Shown here: piece by piece, positions 1 to 10,904 of the stretch
Position numbering within the stretch: position 1 is the first letter of the stretch
Layout of the letters: each line of letters opens with the position of its first letter
Origin: Gammaproteobacteria bacterium
GTDB taxonomy: Bacteria > Pseudomonadota > Gammaproteobacteria > Ga0077554 > Ga007554
Direction: 5' to 3'
DNA length: 64,000 nt
Assembly: GCA_033717875.1 (NCBI GenBank)
Contig: JADDKJ010000002.1
Coordinates: 2,820 to 66,819, forward strand
The notes under the pieces: generated by a model
What the model was told of the DNA's origin: nothing
The model's input: the letters and a program-made list of their open reading frames with translations, nothing else
Databases searched by the model: none
Translations under genes and position numbers: made by a program

Positions 1-68
1 GCAACTTCACCCGTTTCAATCGTGACCGTGTGATCGCCGTATTGAAAAATCTTTTTGATAGGGGTCAC
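1..68 (-). CDS. pnp: Polynucleotide phosphorylase, N-terminal fragment (gene continues beyond window start)
   Basis: Minus-strand translation from 68 downward gives VTPIKKIFQYGDHTVTIETGEVA, matching the PNPase N-terminus (E. coli [21 protein letters not shown]). GTG start preceded by AAGGAA RBS with 6-nt spacer. Located downstream of rpsO as in the conserved rpsO-pnp arrangement. Confidence 0.55.
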   Translation of the reverse strand, partial: MTPIKKIFQYGDHTVTIETGEV

Positions 69-134
69 ATCAAATTCCTTAAAATTGCTGCAAGACCAGA
101 CGGCCGCGACGCAGCGGAGAACACGGGGCAACCC

Positions 135-404
135 TTAACGGCGCAAACCAAGACGCGCGATGAGTTCGCGGTAGCGTTCGGTATCCCTGCTCTTGACGTA
201 GTCCAGCAGCTTTCTGCGCTTGTTCACCATCTTCAGCAAACCCTGGCGGGAATGATGATCCTTGACGTGGGACTTGAAGTGCCCAGACAATTGTTCGATG
301 CGCGCGGTAAGCAGCGCCACTTGAACTTCCGTCGATCCGGTATCGCCGGACGAGCGTTGATACTGTTTGACCAGCTCGGCCTTTTCTTGAGCGCTCAGCG
401 GCAT
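135..404 (-). CDS. rpsO: 30S ribosomal protein S15
   Basis: ORF 135..428(-). Internal Met at 404 yields [36 protein letters not shown]...ARLGLRR, full-length S15 similarity. AGGAG RBS 7 nt upstream of the 404 start. Confidence 0.9.
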   Translation of the reverse strand: MPLSAQEKAELVKQYQRSSGDTGSTEVQVALLTARIEQLSGHFKSHVKDHHSRQGLLKMVNKRRKLLDYVKSRDTERYRELIARLGLRR

Positions 405-581
405 GAATGACTCCTCTTTAATGTCCACCGACTAATAAAACGGGTATTTTACCCCTGTAAGATGATGGGTGACAAGACAAACTTGCACCCACGGTCACCG
501 CCCTCACCCTGACCCTCTCCCAGGGGGAGAGGGGAAGTAACTTTAAGAACAGGCTCCGCCGATCAAATGCGGGGGGCGCAG

Positions 582-1496
582 CTACCCGGCAACCAGCCTT
601 TTGGGCGCGACGCGGCCGTCGTCCAGCACGCGCCCCACGCCCAGGAATGCCCTCTGGCGCGTATAAAGCTTGACCCATTCACCGACCGGCGCCTGCGGCA
701 CGCGCACCGCCTGGCCCTGCCGGATAAAATAGGCCGCGTCCTCCGCGAGCAGGACATCCGGCCACTGCGCCAGGGCGCTGTCCATCGGCTGCAACAGGGC
801 ATCCAATCCCTCCAGCCCTTCCTTCGCCGCGGCTTCGAGCTGATCGAATGTCACCATCCGCGCCGCGCCGAAGGGACCGGCCTTGGTGCGATGCAAACCG
901 GCCACATGCGCACCACAACCCAGAGCCTCACCGATGTCCTCGGCCAGGGTGCGTATGTAGGTGCCCTTGGAACAATCAACGTCGATTTCCAGCAGGTCAT
1001 CGCTAAAGCGCAGCGGGGTGATGCCGTAAATCGTTATCTGGCGCGGCTTGCGCGCGACGATGATGCCGCGCTGCGCCAATTTATAAAGCGGCTGGCCATT
1101 TTGCTTGATGGCGGAGAACATCGGCGGCACTTGCTCGATCGATCCGGTGAACCGGTGCAGCACCTGTGCGATGCGTTGCTCGTCGATACCCTGTACCGGC
1201 CGCTCCGCCACCACCGCGCCTTCGGCATCGCCGGTGGTGGTTTTGATGCCTAGCTTGATGACGGTGCGATAGGATTTGTCGGCATCGAGCAGGAAGGCGG
1301 ACATTTTCGTGGCGTCACCCAGGCAGATCGGCAACAAGCCGGTCGCCAGCGGATCGAGATTGCCGGTATGGCCGGCCTTGCGCGCATGGAACAGGCGCTT
1401 GACGCGCTGCAAGGCCGGGTTGGAACCCACGTCATAGGGTTTGTCGAGCAGGATGATGCCGTGCACGTCACGGCGAGGGATGCGCGGGCGTTCCAT
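582..1496 (-). CDS. truB: tRNA pseudouridine(55) synthase
   Basis: 304-aa ORF with GHTGNLDPLATGLLPICLGDATK catalytic motif region typical of TruB. Conserved position between rbfA and rpsO. Confidence 0.9.
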   Translation of the reverse strand: MERPRIPRRDVHGIILLDKPYDVGSNPALQRVKRLFHARKAGHTGNLDPLATGLLPICLGDATKMSAFLLDADKSYRTVIKLGIKTTTGDAEGAVVAERPVQGIDEQRIAQVLHRFTGSIEQVPPMFSAIKQNGQPLYKLAQRGIIVARKPRQITIYGITPLRFSDDLLEIDVDCSKGTYIRTLAEDIGEALGCGAHVAGLHRTKAGPFGAARMVTFDQLEAAAKEGLEGLDALLQPMDSALAQWPDVLLAEDAAYFIRQGQAVRVPQAPVGEWVKLYTRQRAFLGVGRVLDDGRVAPKRLVAG

Positions 1497-1501
1497 GGGG
1501 C

Positions 1502-1876
1502 TTACTTTTTTTCTGATTTGTGATGATCCGCGGCGACCGCGGCATCGATCAGCGCGCTCAAGCTCGTCCCCTTCACCACCGAATCGTCATAGACGAAATG
1601 CAGCGCGGGGTTGGACCTCGTGGTCAGGCGTTGCGCCACTTCATGACGCAAGAAACCGGCCGCCTCACCCAAAACGTGCATCACTTCGCTGACCGGGCGG
1701 GTATTGCCTATCACGGTGATATACACCTTGGCGTTTTTCAGGTCGGGAGAAACATCGACATCCGAAACGGTGATCATACCCAACCCAGGCGCGCTGATTT
1801 CCTGCTGAATCAGGATCGCCAGCTCGCGCTGAATCAGGCTGGCGATGCGTTGTGTGCGACTGAATTCTTTGGCCAT
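1502..1876 (-). CDS. rbfA: Ribosome-binding factor A
   Basis: ORF 1502..1954(-). Start at internal Met (1876) gives MAKEFSRTQRIASLIQRELAILIQQEISAPGLGMITVSDVDVSPDLKNAKVYIT, classic RbfA. Confidence 0.9.
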   Translation of the reverse strand: MAKEFSRTQRIASLIQRELAILIQQEISAPGLGMITVSDVDVSPDLKNAKVYITVIGNTRPVSEVMHVLGEAAGFLRHEVAQRLTTRSNPALHFVYDDSVVKGTSLSALIDAAVAADHHKSEKK

Positions 1877-1894
1877 GGCGTGACAGTAACAAAC

Positions 1895-2021
1895 AATAAA
1901 TGTAGGGAGGGTAAGCGCCTTTTGCGTAACCCGCCGAGCGTGCGCAGCACACAACGTGTTTTTTTGAGTGCCTGGCGGGTTCGGCGTCCCTCACTCCAAC
2001 CCTCTCCCAAAGAGAGAGGGT
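1895..2021. repeat. Repeat family B copy plus CCCTCTCCC-type hairpin in rbfA-infB spacer
   Basis: Family B core at 1895-1990 followed by hairpin ACCCTCTCCC-AAAGA-GAGAGGGT (1999-2021). A sibling hairpin CCCTCTCCC-AGG-GGGAGAGGG at 513-533 lies in the truB-rpsO spacer, both preceded by TCAC(C/T)C(T/C)...ACCCTCTCCC. Confidence 0.55.
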
Positions 2022-2073
2022 GACCGGAAGAGAGATGCATAAAGCGCGCCTCACCCGCCCTACATCTTACTAT

Positions 2074-4653
2074 CTAGATCGTTCTCGCAACCTCGACGCG
2101 CTCGTAGACTTCGATCTGGTCGCCGACGCGCACATCGTTGTAGTCCTTGACACCGATACCGCATTCCGTGCCGGACCGGACCTCGCTCACGTCATCCTTG
2201 AAGCGGCGCAACGATTCGAGCTGGCCTTCGTAGATCACCACGTTGTCACGCAGCACGCGGATCGGGTTGTTGCGCTTCACCATGCCTTCCACTACCAGGC
2301 AACCGGCGATGGCGCCCAGCTTCGGCGAACGGAATACGTCGCGCACTTCGGCCAGACCGACGATCTGTTCCTTGATCTCGGGGGCGAGCATGCCGGAAAT
2401 GGACCGCTTCACCTCGTCAATGACATCATAGATGATACTGTAATAGTGCAGATCGATGCCCGCATCCGCCGCAAGCCGGCGCGCGCTGGCGTCGGCGCGC
2501 ACATTGAAGCCGACCATCACCGCCTGCGAAGCAATGGCGAGATTGACATCCGATTCATTGATGCCGCCCACGCCGCTGGCGATAACCTTGACCTGCACCT
2601 CGTCGGAGGACAGTCGCGTCAATGCCTCGCGCAGCGCCTCGACACTGCCCTGGACATCGGCCTTGACGACCAGATTCAGGGCGTGAACCTTGCCCTTCTC
2701 GATTTGCGAGAACACGTCTTCCAGTTTGGTCGCCTGCTGACGCGCCAGCTTCACGTCGCGGAATTTGCCTTGGCGGAACAGCGCGATCTCGCGCGCCTTG
2801 CGCTCCTCGGCCACCACCACGGCGGGATCGCCCGCATTGGGCGTGCCGGACAAACCGAGCACCACCACCGGCGTGGACGGCCCCGCCTCTTCGATATGCT
2901 TGCCGGCCTCGTCGAGCATGGCGCGCACGCGGCCGTATTCCTGACCGCTGAGCAGGATGTCGCCCTTGCGCAGCGTGCCGTTCTTCACCAGGATGGTGGC
3001 AACCGGGCCGCGCCCCTTGTCCAGGGTGGACTCGATCACCACACCGGACGCCGGAGAATCCTTGACGGCCGTCAGTTCCAGCACTTCGGCCTGCACCAGA
3101 ATGGCATCGAGCAACTCGTCGACACCCGCGCCAGTCTTGGCGGACACGTAAGCGAAAATATTCTCGCCGCCCCATTCCTCGGGAATCACGCCTTGCTGCA
3201 CGAGCTCCTGCTTGACGCGCTCGGCATCGGCGGCGGGCTTGTCGATCTTGTTGACGGCGACCACCAGCGGCACATTGCCCGCCTTGGCATGCTGAATGGC
3301 TTCCATGGTCTGCGGCATCACGCCGTCGTCGGCGGCCACCACCAGCACCACGATATCCGTGACCCTGGCGCCACGCGCGCGCATCGCGGTGAACGCCTCA
3401 TGGCCTGGCGTATCGAGGAAGGTGATCATGCCCTTGTCGGTTTCCACATGGTACGCGCCAATGTGCTGGGTAATGCCTCCCGCTTCGCCCGCCGCGACCT
3501 TGGTGCGGCGAATATAGTCGAGTAGCGAGGTCTTGCCGTGATCGACATGGCCCATGATGGTCACCACCGGGGCGCGCGTCACCTTCTCGCCCGTCACTTC
3601 CTCGGCCTTCGCCAATTCTTCTTCCAGGGCGCTCTCGCGCATCAAGCGGGGAGTGTGCCCCATTTCCTCCACGAGGATCGCCGCAGTATCCTGATCGAGC
3701 ACCTGGTTGATGGTGACCATGCTGCCCATTTTCATCAGGGCCTTGATCACCTCGACGGCCTTGACCGACATTTTCTGCGCCAGCTCGGCGACAGTGATCG
3801 TCTCCGGGATATTCACTTCGCGCACGATCGGCGCGGTGGGCTTTTCGAAACCATGCCTGGCGCCACCCGCCGCGAATGGAGCGGGCTTTTCCCTGACCTT
3901 CTTTCTGCGAAAACCGGTCTTTTCGGCGGCCACATGCAGTTCTTCGCGACCGTATTTGGTAACACGCTCTTCCTTCTCGCCGCGATGTTTGCCTTTTTTG
4001 GCGGCTTCCCGCTCCGCGATGGACTCTTCTTTCGCCCGAGGCGCCGCAGCGGGTGCAGCAGGAGCAACTTTGGGCTTGGTCTCGCGGACGGTCTTGCGCC
4101 GGGTTTCTTCCTCGGTCTTGCGCCGGGTCTCTTCCTCGGCCTTACGCTTGGCTTCCTGCTCCTCCTTGAGCCTTCTCTCCTGCTCGGCCTTTAGGCGCGC
4201 CGCCTCTTGCTCCCGGAGTTGCCGTTCCTCGATTTCCCGTTGTCGCACATCGTCCAGCACGGCGCGCTCTTCGGCCTCTTGACGGCCACGCTCGGCGAGG
4301 TGAGTTTCGAGCTTCGCCATTTCCTCGGCGGCGGCAATGCCGCGCTTGACCAGGGTGCGTCTGCCGCGCACTTCAACGTTGACCGTTTTGGTCTTGCCCG
4401 TCGAAGTCACCTGCCTCACTTCACTGACCGTTTTGCGCTTCACCGTCACCTTCTTGGGTTCGGCGACCGCCAGAGCCTCGCCTTCCACCCCATGTGACTG
4501 GCGCAAGTGCCGGAGCAAGAGCAATTTTTCCTTGTCGCTAATGGCCTCGCCTGCGCCTTTGACCGGCAAACCGGCCGCCCCTAACTGCGACAGCAGTTTC
4601 TCAACGGGGATGCCAACCGCGTTGGCAAATTGTTCAACTGTAACCTGCGACAT
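2074..4653 (-). CDS. infB: Translation initiation factor IF-2
   Basis: 872-aa ORF. N-terminus [25 protein letters not shown] at internal Met 4653. Lys/Glu/Arg-rich linker, GTPase motifs [16 protein letters not shown]...DTPGHEAF...NKIDK. Directly downstream of nusA. Confidence 0.95.
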   Translation of the reverse strand: MSQVTVEQFANAVGIPVEKLLSQLGAAGLPVKGAGEAISDKEKLLLLRHLRQSHGVEGEALAVAEPKKVTVKRKTVSEVRQVTSTGKTKTVNVEVRGRRTLVKRGIAAAEEMAKLETHLAERGRQEAEERAVLDDVRQREIEERQLREQEAARLKAEQERRLKEEQEAKRKAEEETRRKTEEETRRKTVRETKPKVAPAAPAAAPRAKEESIAEREAAKKGKHRGEKEERVTKYGREELHVAAEKTGFRRKKVREKPAPFAAGGARHGFEKPTAPIVREVNIPETITVAELAQKMSVKAVEVIKALMKMGSMVTINQVLDQDTAAILVEEMGHTPRLMRESALEEELAKAEEVTGEKVTRAPVVTIMGHVDHGKTSLLDYIRRTKVAAGEAGGITQHIGAYHVETDKGMITFLDTPGHEAFTAMRARGARVTDIVVLVVAADDGVMPQTMEAIQHAKAGNVPLVVAVNKIDKPAADAERVKQELVQQGVIPEEWGGENIFAYVSAKTGAGVDELLDAILVQAEVLELTAVKDSPASGVVIESTLDKGRGPVATILVKNGTLRKGDILLSGQEYGRVRAMLDEAGKHIEEAGPSTPVVVLGLSGTPNAGDPAVVVAEERKAREIALFRQGKFRDVKLARQQATKLEDVFSQIEKGKVHALNLVVKADVQGSVEALREALTRLSSDEVQVKVIASGVGGINESDVNLAIASQAVMVGFNVRADASARRLAADAGIDLHYYSIIYDVIDEVKRSISGMLAPEIKEQIVGLAEVRDVFRSPKLGAIAGCLVVEGMVKRNNPIRVLRDNVVIYEGQLESLRRFKDDVSEVRSGTECGIGVKDYNDVRVGDQIEVYERVEVARTI

Positions 4654-4678
4654 TGCTCTCTCTTGCTCCTTCCTACCA

Positions 4679-6169
4679 CTATTCGGCCGCAAACCAGGGA
4701 GCGCGCGCGGCCATGATCAATTTGCTGGCCAGGGCCGCATCCAGCCCTTCGATGTCCGTGAGGTCATCGACAGCCTGATCGGCCAGATCTTCCCGTGTCA
4801 CAACGCCATGCTCGGCCAGCAGATAGGCCAGGCGCTGATCCATGCCTTCCAATTCCAGCAGATCGGGGGCAGGCGCGGTCTTTTCCAGATTTTCCTCGCT
4901 GGCGATGGCGCGGGTCAGCAGCACATCGCGCGCGCGGTTGCGCAGCTCATTGACGATGTCCTCGTCGAATTCCTCGATCTGCGTCATTTCCTGCACCGGC
5001 ACATACGCCACTTCCTCGATGCTGGAGAAACCTTCCTGCACCAGGATGGCGGCGACTTCCTCATCGACGTCGAGCTGTTCCATGAACATCGCACGCAGCG
5101 TCTGCGCCTCGACCTCGCCCTTCTCCTCGGCCTGGCGTTCGGTCATCACGTTCAGTTCCCAAGCGGTCAACTGGCTGGCGAGGCGGACGTTCTGCCCACC
5201 GCGTCCGATGGCTTGCGACAGGTTGTCCTCCGCCACCGCGACATCCATGCTGTGCGCATCTTCGTCCACCACGATGGAGGTCACCTCGGCGGGCGACATG
5301 GCGTTTATGACAAACTGAGCGGAGTTTTCGTTCCATAGCACGATGTCGATGCGCTCGCCCGCCAGTTCGTTGGAGACCGCCTGCACGCGCGAGCCGCGCA
5401 TGCCGACGCAGGCGCCCACGGGATCGATGCGCGGATCGTTCGACTTGACGGCGATCTTGGCGCGCGCGCCAGGGTCACGGGCGGCACCCATGATCTCGAT
5501 CAACCCCTCGCCCGCTTCCGGCACTTCGAGCTTGAACAGCTCGATAAGGAACTCCGGCGCGGTGCGGCTGACGAAAAGCTGCGGGCCACGGCTTTCGGTG
5601 CGCACATCGCGCAGATAGCCGCGCAGACGGTCGCCGGAACGCACCGCCTCGCGCGGAATCAAGTCCTCGCGCCCCAGCAGCGCCTCGACATTGCCGCCCA
5701 GGTCGAGAATGACGCTGCCACGCTCGACACGCTTGATCACACCGGTCACCAACTGACCAATCCGGTCTTTGTACGCATCGACGACCTGCGCGCGTTCCGC
5801 TTCGCGCACCTTCTGCACGATCACTTGCTTGGCGGTCTGCGCCGCGATACGGCCGAAGGCAATGGATTCCATCGGCTCCTCAATATAACCGCCGGCCACC
5901 ACCGCCGGGTCCTTCTGGCGCGCCTCGCCGAGCGTAAGCTCCTTGTCAGGAAATTCCGGCTCCACGGCGTCATCCACCACCAGCCAGCGGCGGAATGTTT
6001 CATAATTTCCGGTGGTGCGATCAATGGAGACACGCACATCGATATCGCTCTCATAACGCTTTTTGGTTGCTGTCGCAAGCGCCGCCTCGATCGCGCCAAA
6101 AATCACTTCCTTGCTGACGCCCTTTTCATTGGACACCGCATCCACTACCAGCAAAATCTCTTTACTCAT
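4679..6169 (-). CDS. nusA: Transcription termination/antitermination factor NusA
   Basis: 496 aa, [41 protein letters not shown]-terminus, S1/KH regions and acidic C-terminal repeats. Between rimP and infB. Confidence 0.95.
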   Translation of the reverse strand: MSKEILLVVDAVSNEKGVSKEVIFGAIEAALATATKKRYESDIDVRVSIDRTTGNYETFRRWLVVDDAVEPEFPDKELTLGEARQKDPAVVAGGYIEEPMESIAFGRIAAQTAKQVIVQKVREAERAQVVDAYKDRIGQLVTGVIKRVERGSVILDLGGNVEALLGREDLIPREAVRSGDRLRGYLRDVRTESRGPQLFVSRTAPEFLIELFKLEVPEAGEGLIEIMGAARDPGARAKIAVKSNDPRIDPVGACVGMRGSRVQAVSNELAGERIDIVLWNENSAQFVINAMSPAEVTSIVVDEDAHSMDVAVAEDNLSQAIGRGGQNVRLASQLTAWELNVMTERQAEEKGEVEAQTLRAMFMEQLDVDEEVAAILVQEGFSSIEEVAYVPVQEMTQIEEFDEDIVNELRNRARDVLLTRAIASEENLEKTAPAPDLLELEGMDQRLAYLLAEHGVVTREDLADQAVDDLTDIEGLDAALASKLIMAARAPWFAAE

Positions 6170-6249
6170 GACTCCACCCTCGAATCATCGATCAGTTCAC
6201 AGCAACCAAATTTCTTAAGGAGCCCATGCAATATATGGGCTTTTCGGCC

Positions 6250-6717
6250 TTAATCAAACTCCGGCACCAACCGCGCCGCTTCTATCTTTTCCAGCGGCAG
6301 CGCCCATTCCTTGCCTTCTTCCTCGATCAGCACATTGCCGTCCCGCACACCCCGCAGCACACCACTGAAATTACGCCGGCCCTCGACCATGACACCGGCC
6401 CCCAGGCGAATCTTCGCCCGCTTGCCGGAAAACCGGACAAAATGCTCGGCGCTGAACAACAGCCGGTCCGCCCCCGGTGATGACACCTCCAGGGTATACT
6501 GGCCGGGAATAGGGTCTTCCACATCGAGGGTCCCGGACACTTGATGACTGACACGTTCGCAGTCATCCAGCGTGATGCCGTCGGGCGCATCAATGTATAT
6601 CCTGAGCAGGGAATGCCGCCCTTGAGGAATGTGCTGGATACCGACCAGCTCATAACCCAGCATGGTCACCACCGGCTCGATCAACTGCTGCAAATGCGAG
6701 GACGCCTGACGTACCAT
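6250..6717 (-). CDS. rimP: Ribosome maturation factor RimP
   Basis: 155 aa with LIEPVVTMLGYELVGIQHI...YTLEVSSPGADRLL motif typical of RimP/YhbC. Immediately upstream of nusA and downstream of tRNA-fMet. Confidence 0.9.
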   Translation of the reverse strand: MVRQASSHLQQLIEPVVTMLGYELVGIQHIPQGRHSLLRIYIDAPDGITLDDCERVSHQVSGTLDVEDPIPGQYTLEVSSPGADRLLFSAEHFVRFSGKRAKIRLGAGVMVEGRRNFSGVLRGVRDGNVLIEEEGKEWALPLEKIEAARLVPEFD

Positions 6718-6841
6718 CTAAGTAACGAAAACAATCCGCTGAAACAAAAAAAGGGCCCAAGGCCCACTCCAAAAACCACTACAACTGCGAGCCCATTATA
6801 AATGACTCGCCGCCATAAAACCAATGACCTGAAATAACAAA

Positions 6842-6856
6842 GCCCCGAAACGGGGC
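6842..6856 (-). terminator. Rho-independent terminator hairpin immediately 3' of tRNA-fMet (second hairpin at 6744..6765)
   Basis: Minus strand reads GGCCCCGTTTCGGGGC followed by TTTGTTATTT. A second hairpin GGGCC-TTG-GGCCC followed by TTTTTTTG lies at 6744-6765, before rimP. Confidence 0.5.
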
Positions 6857-6870
6857 CTATTGTTATCGTT

Positions 6871-6947
6871 TGGTAGCGGGGGCAGGATTTGAACCTGCGA
6901 CCTTCGGGTTATGAGCCCGACGAGCTGCCAGACTGCTCCACCCCGCA
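6871..6947 (-). tRNA. metY: Initiator tRNA-fMet (anticodon CAT)
   Basis: Minus-strand 77-nt sequence (T)GCGGGGTGGAGCAGTCTGGCAGCTCGTCGGGCTCATAACCCGAAGGTCGCAGGTTCAAATCCTGCCCCCGCTACCA. Anticodon loop CTCATAA with three consecutive G-C pairs in the anticodon stem (GGG/CCC), unpaired 1-72, encoded CCA. Near-identical to E. coli tRNA-fMet, in the conserved metY-rimP-nusA-infB position. Confidence 0.92.
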
Positions 6948-7076
6948 TCATTCAGTCCGCATATAATAAGGGAGTGCGGGGGCTTTTTCAAGTTTTTGTT
7001 GTCAGGTGTTCAACCTGGATGCCATTGACAAAAAAATCTAAAGGAAGATGATGGGAATCCGATAGCGTGTGTTAGC

Positions 7077-7119
7077 GATCAGGCAGAGCCGCCGGACAGC
7101 GATCAACCTCTGTCTGATC
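7077..7119 (+). promoter_or_regulatory. Candidate operator: inverted repeat GATCAGGCAGAG-N19-CTCTGTCTGATC upstream of catalase
   Basis: 12-bp arms with one mismatch, centred about 55 nt upstream of the katA start codon. Possible OxyR/PerR-type peroxide-regulator site; no consensus match claimed. Confidence 0.3.
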
Positions 7120-7151
7120 ATAACTTCCCCCCTGTTTAAATGGAGCTTGAT

Positions 7152-8591
7152 ATGGCAGAGAACAAGACACTGACAACGGCCAACGGCATACCCGTCGCCG
7201 ACAACCAGAATTCGCTGACCGCTGGCGAGCACGGCCCGGTACTGATCCAGGATCATCACCTCATCGAAAAGCTCGCGCACTTCAACCGCGAGCGCATTCC
7301 TGAGCGGATCGTCCACGCCAAAGGCGCCGGAGCCTACGGTCACTTCGAAGTGACCCATGACGTAAGCCGGTGGACCAAGGCGAAGTTCCTGGAAAAGATC
7401 GGCAAGAAGACCGAAGTTTTCTTGCGCTTTTCAACGGTGGGCGGTGAAAAGGGCTCCGCCGATACCGAGCGCGATCCGCGCGGCTTTGCCGTGAAATTCT
7501 ATACCGAGGAAGGCAATTACGATATCACAGGCAACAATACCCCTGTCTTCTTCTTACGCGATCCACTCAAGTTTCCCGATTTCGTTCACACCCAGAAACG
7601 CAACCCGCAGACCAACCTGAAAGATCCCGACGCCGTCTGGGACTTCCTGTCACTCACCCCGGAATCGATCCACCAGGTCACGATCCTCTTTTCCAGCCGC
7701 GGCACACCTAAATCCTACCGCCACATGGACGGCTTTGGTTCGCATACCTTCATGTGGATCAACGCCGAAGGCAAGGGCGTATGGATCAAGTACCACTTCA
7801 AGACCGAAACCGGCATTCAAAGCATGACGCGGCAAGAAGCGACACGCCTGGCGGGCGAAGACCCCGATTATGCCACGCGTGATCTGTTCAACCACATCAA
7901 AAACGGCGGCGAGGCGGCATGGAAGCTCTATGTGCAGATCATGCCCTTCGAGGATGCGCCGAAATACCGCTTCAATCCCTTTGACGTGACCAAGGTATGG
8001 CCGCATAAGGATTATCCCTTGATCCCCGTGGGACGTATGGTGCTCAACCGCAACCCGGAGAATTATTTCGCCGAAGTCGAACAGGCGGCGTTTTCGCCGG
8101 GCAATATCGTGCCGGGCATCGGCTTCTCGCCGGACAAGATGCTGCAAGGGCGCATCTTCGCGTATGGCGATGCGCACCGCTACCGCCTCGGCGCGAACCA
8201 TCAACTCCTGCCCGTCAACCGGCCGCGCGCCACCGAGGGGATCAATCACCAGCGTGATGGCGCCATGCGCTTCGACGGCAACGGTGGCTCAAGCCCCAAT
8301 TATGAGCCCAACAGTTTTGACGGCATCAAGGAAGCGCCCCAACACGCGCCTTTCCCCTTGCCGGTTGAAGGCATCGCCGGCCATCATACCCTGTCGCATG
8401 GCGATGATTACGTGCAAGCGGGTAATCTGTACCGCCTGATGCCAGAAGCGGAAAAGGCCATGCTGGTCGATAACATCGCCTCTCATCTCAAAAACGCCAG
8501 GAAAGACATTCAACTGCGGCAGGTTGAACACTTCCGCCGCGCGGATGAGGATTATGGGAAGCGTGTCGCCAAGGGGTTAGGTTTGGAATAA
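7152..8591 (+). CDS. katA: Catalase (monofunctional, small-subunit clade)
   Basis: ORF 7140..8591. Likely start at second ATG (7152, GGAG 6 nt upstream). Contains [63 protein letters not shown] catalase signatures. About 480 aa. Confidence 0.9.
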   Translation: MAENKTLTTANGIPVADNQNSLTAGEHGPVLIQDHHLIEKLAHFNRERIPERIVHAKGAGAYGHFEVTHDVSRWTKAKFLEKIGKKTEVFLRFSTVGGEKGSADTERDPRGFAVKFYTEEGNYDITGNNTPVFFLRDPLKFPDFVHTQKRNPQTNLKDPDAVWDFLSLTPESIHQVTILFSSRGTPKSYRHMDGFGSHTFMWINAEGKGVWIKYHFKTETGIQSMTRQEATRLAGEDPDYATRDLFNHIKNGGEAAWKLYVQIMPFEDAPKYRFNPFDVTKVWPHKDYPLIPVGRMVLNRNPENYFAEVEQAAFSPGNIVPGIGFSPDKMLQGRIFAYGDAHRYRLGANHQLLPVNRPRATEGINHQRDGAMRFDGNGGSSPNYEPNSFDGIKEAPQHAPFPLPVEGIAGHHTLSHGDDYVQAGNLYRLMPEAEKAMLVDNIASHLKNARKDIQLRQVEHFRRADEDYGKRVAKGLGLE

Positions 8592-8694
8592 AGCCGTTTC
8601 TGGGCGCACCGGAATCCCCGGGGAATCCCATGGATGAGGTTTCTCGGGGGATTATGTAATAATTGAGGGCAATCATCACAGGACGCCCGTCGCC

Positions 8695-9138
8695 ATGCAA
8701 TTCAACCTGGAACGCGACCCTCGCACCCATACCATCGTCTCCCACCGCCCCGGCCAGGTGATCGTCAGCGTTCCGTGGCGGGAAGGCGATGACACGCCTC
8801 TGTTGGTCGACGTGGACGGGCAGTTGCGGGGGCGCATCCGCCACGAAACTCTCACCGGCAGCCTCGTCGTCACGCCCGAGCATTTGATCCGGGATTGGTC
8901 GCCGCAGACCCCGGCAGAGATCACCCTCGCCCATTTCGAGGCCGTCGCCCACCTCGCCCCCGAGGTGGTTCTGTTCGGCTCCGGCACCCGGTTGTGCTGG
9001 CCACCCGGCACCCTGCTTGAACCGCTCATCCAGCGCGGCATCGGCATTGAAGTGATGGACACGTCTGCGGCCTGCCGCACCTATAACATTCTGGTTTATG
9101 AAGGGCGGAATGTCGCGGCGGCGTTGCTGATGACTTGA
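8695..9138 (+). CDS. Mth938-like (DUF498 / NDUFAF3-like) domain protein
   Basis: 147 aa. C-terminal GIGIEVMDTSAACRTYNILVYEGRNVAAALL matches the conserved Mth938/DUF498 core. Confidence 0.65.
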   Translation: MQFNLERDPRTHTIVSHRPGQVIVSVPWREGDDTPLLVDVDGQLRGRIRHETLTGSLVVTPEHLIRDWSPQTPAEITLAHFEAVAHLAPEVVLFGSGTRLCWPPGTLLEPLIQRGIGIEVMDTSAACRTYNILVYEGRNVAAALLMT

Positions 9139-9145
9139 CGCAAAC

Positions 9146-9418
9146 TCAGCGGGTTTCAAAACCGTCGATCCCGGCCGGCGATTCGACTGGCGTACACGCC
9201 ACATCGGTCACCCGCGCCAGCGGCGGCCCGGCCCACAACCATTCACGCAATTGCTCAACCTGATCCTGCCCGCCGCACGCCAGCACTTCGACCCGGCCAT
9301 CGGGGAGGTTGCGCGCCCAGCCTTTGAGACCCAGCCCCAAGGCATGCCGGCGCGTTGCGGCACGGAATGATACGCCCTGCACCCGTCCCGATATCAGACA
9401 ACGCAAACAGACAGTCAT
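9146..9418 (-). CDS. acyP: Acylphosphatase
   Basis: ORF 9146..9481(-). From internal Met 9418: MTVCLRCLISGRVQGVSFRAATRRHALGLGLKGWARNLPDGRVEVLACG, the acylphosphatase signature (VxGxVQGVxFR ... GWVxNxxDGxVE). Confidence 0.85.
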   Translation of the reverse strand: MTVCLRCLISGRVQGVSFRAATRRHALGLGLKGWARNLPDGRVEVLACGGQDQVEQLREWLWAGPPLARVTDVACTPVESPAGIDGFETR

Positions 9419-9497
9419 GGATAATCCAGGTTTATAATCTGCAAAAATCTTTCCGTATTCTCCCGCCTTTATGCGCGGCAAAAATCAAGGAGTCCTT

Positions 9498-10895
9498 ATG
9501 TCCAACAATACCACCCACCGCACCGAAAAAGACAGCCTGGGCGAATTCCAGGTGCCGGCGGACGCCTGGTACGGCATCCAGACCGCGCGCGCCGTCGCCA
9601 ATTTCCCTATCAGCGGGCGCGGGCCGGACCGCGATTTCGTCGTCGCCCATGTGCGCATCAAACGCGCCGCCGCCATCGCCAACCAGCAGGCCGGCTGGCT
9701 GGAGGATTCGCTTGCCAATGCCATCGTCGCGGCCTGCGACAAGATTATCGCCGGGGAATATCTCGACCAGTTCGTCGTCGATCGTTTCCAGGCCGGCGCG
9801 GGCACCAGCCACAACATGAACAGCAACGAGGTGATCGCCAACCTCGCCAACGTCGCCCTCGGCGGCCGTTGTGGCGTGTACAAGCCGGTGAATCCCAACG
9901 ACCATGTCAACATGGGGCAGAGCACCAACGACACCATTCCCACCGCCATCCGCCTCACCGCGCTCGCCAAGTTGCCGCGCCTGGTCGACGCCGTGGAAAC
10001 GATGGCTGGCGAGTATGCGCGCATTGCCGCCGACGAGGCCGATACCGTCAAGAGCGGCCGCACACACCTGCAAGACGCCGTGCCCACCACCATCGGCCAC
10101 GAGTTCAACGCCTACGCTTGGACTCTACGCCGCTGCCGCCAGGGCCTGGAGCAGGTCCGCGCCCCGCTATGCGAGATCGGCCTGGGAGGCAGCGCCGCCG
10201 GCACCGGGCTGAACACCGCGCCGGACTATGCCGCCAATGCCGCCACGGAACTGGCCCGGCTGAGCGGCGAACCGATTCGCCCGGCCAGCAACCTGGTGGC
10301 GCAGATGCAGTCGATGCACGATATCCAGCGCGTGTCCTCGGCGATCCGCGATCTCACCCTGGAACTGATCCGCATCGCCAACGACATGCGCCTGCTGTGC
10401 TCCGGCCCGCGCACCGGCCTGGGCGAGATCGTGCTGCCGCCGGTGCAACCCGGCTCCAGCATCATGCCCGGCAAGGTCAATCCGGTGATGTTCGAGATGC
10501 TCAATCAAGTGTGCTACCAGGTATTGGGGCAAGACACCGCCATCACCGCGATGACCCAGGCCGGACAGTTGGAGCTGAACGTGATGATGCCGGGGCTGGG
10601 ATCGGCGCTTTTCGACGCCATGGATTGGCTGACCAACGCCATCAACGCCGCCACCGAACGCAATCTCAAGGGCCTGAAGGTGGATCGCGAACGCTGCAAG
10701 ACCTTCCTGCATAGCAGCGTGGGACTGGCCACCCTGCTCAACACCCGCATCGGCTACGCCGCCGCCGCCGAGATCGCCAAAACCTCGGAAAAAACCGGCC
10801 GCCCCGTGCGCGATATCGTCGCCGAACAAAAACTGATGACGGCGCAGGAGTTCGATGCGCTGGTGCTCAAGGCGGCGCGGGAGGGGAATATTTGA
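9498..10895 (+). CDS. aspA: Aspartate ammonia-lyase (class II fumarase/aspartase family)
   Basis: ORF 9471..10895. Start MSNNTT at 9498 with AAGGAG 5 nt upstream. GSSIMPGKVNPV signature, AACDKIIAGEYLDQFVVDRFQAGAGTSHNMN closely parallels E. coli AspA (AACDEVL...QFPVDVYQGGAGTSVNMN). Confidence 0.85.
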   Translation: MSNNTTHRTEKDSLGEFQVPADAWYGIQTARAVANFPISGRGPDRDFVVAHVRIKRAAAIANQQAGWLEDSLANAIVAACDKIIAGEYLDQFVVDRFQAGAGTSHNMNSNEVIANLANVALGGRCGVYKPVNPNDHVNMGQSTNDTIPTAIRLTALAKLPRLVDAVETMAGEYARIAADEADTVKSGRTHLQDAVPTTIGHEFNAYAWTLRRCRQGLEQVRAPLCEIGLGGSAAGTGLNTAPDYAANAATELARLSGEPIRPASNLVAQMQSMHDIQRVSSAIRDLTLELIRIANDMRLLCSGPRTGLGEIVLPPVQPGSSIMPGKVNPVMFEMLNQVCYQVLGQDTAITAMTQAGQLELNVMMPGLGSALFDAMDWLTNAINAATERNLKGLKVDRERCKTFLHSSVGLATLLNTRIGYAAAAEIAKTSEKTGRPVRDIVAEQKLMTAQEFDALVLKAAREGNI

Positions 10896-10904
10896 GGCAC
10901 CCTT

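Noticed and set aside
30-410. 126-aa plus-strand ORF at window start
   Set aside because: Lies antisense to rpsO and the pnp start. No family similarity. Typical high-GC shadow ORF.
2555-4282. Multiple 60-220-aa ORFs in other frames over infB (for example 2555..3175 minus, 3538..4194 plus, 3707..4282 plus)
   Set aside because: All overlap the well-supported infB frame. Compositions (Arg/Gly/Ala or Ser-rich) are characteristic of out-of-frame GC-rich coding DNA.
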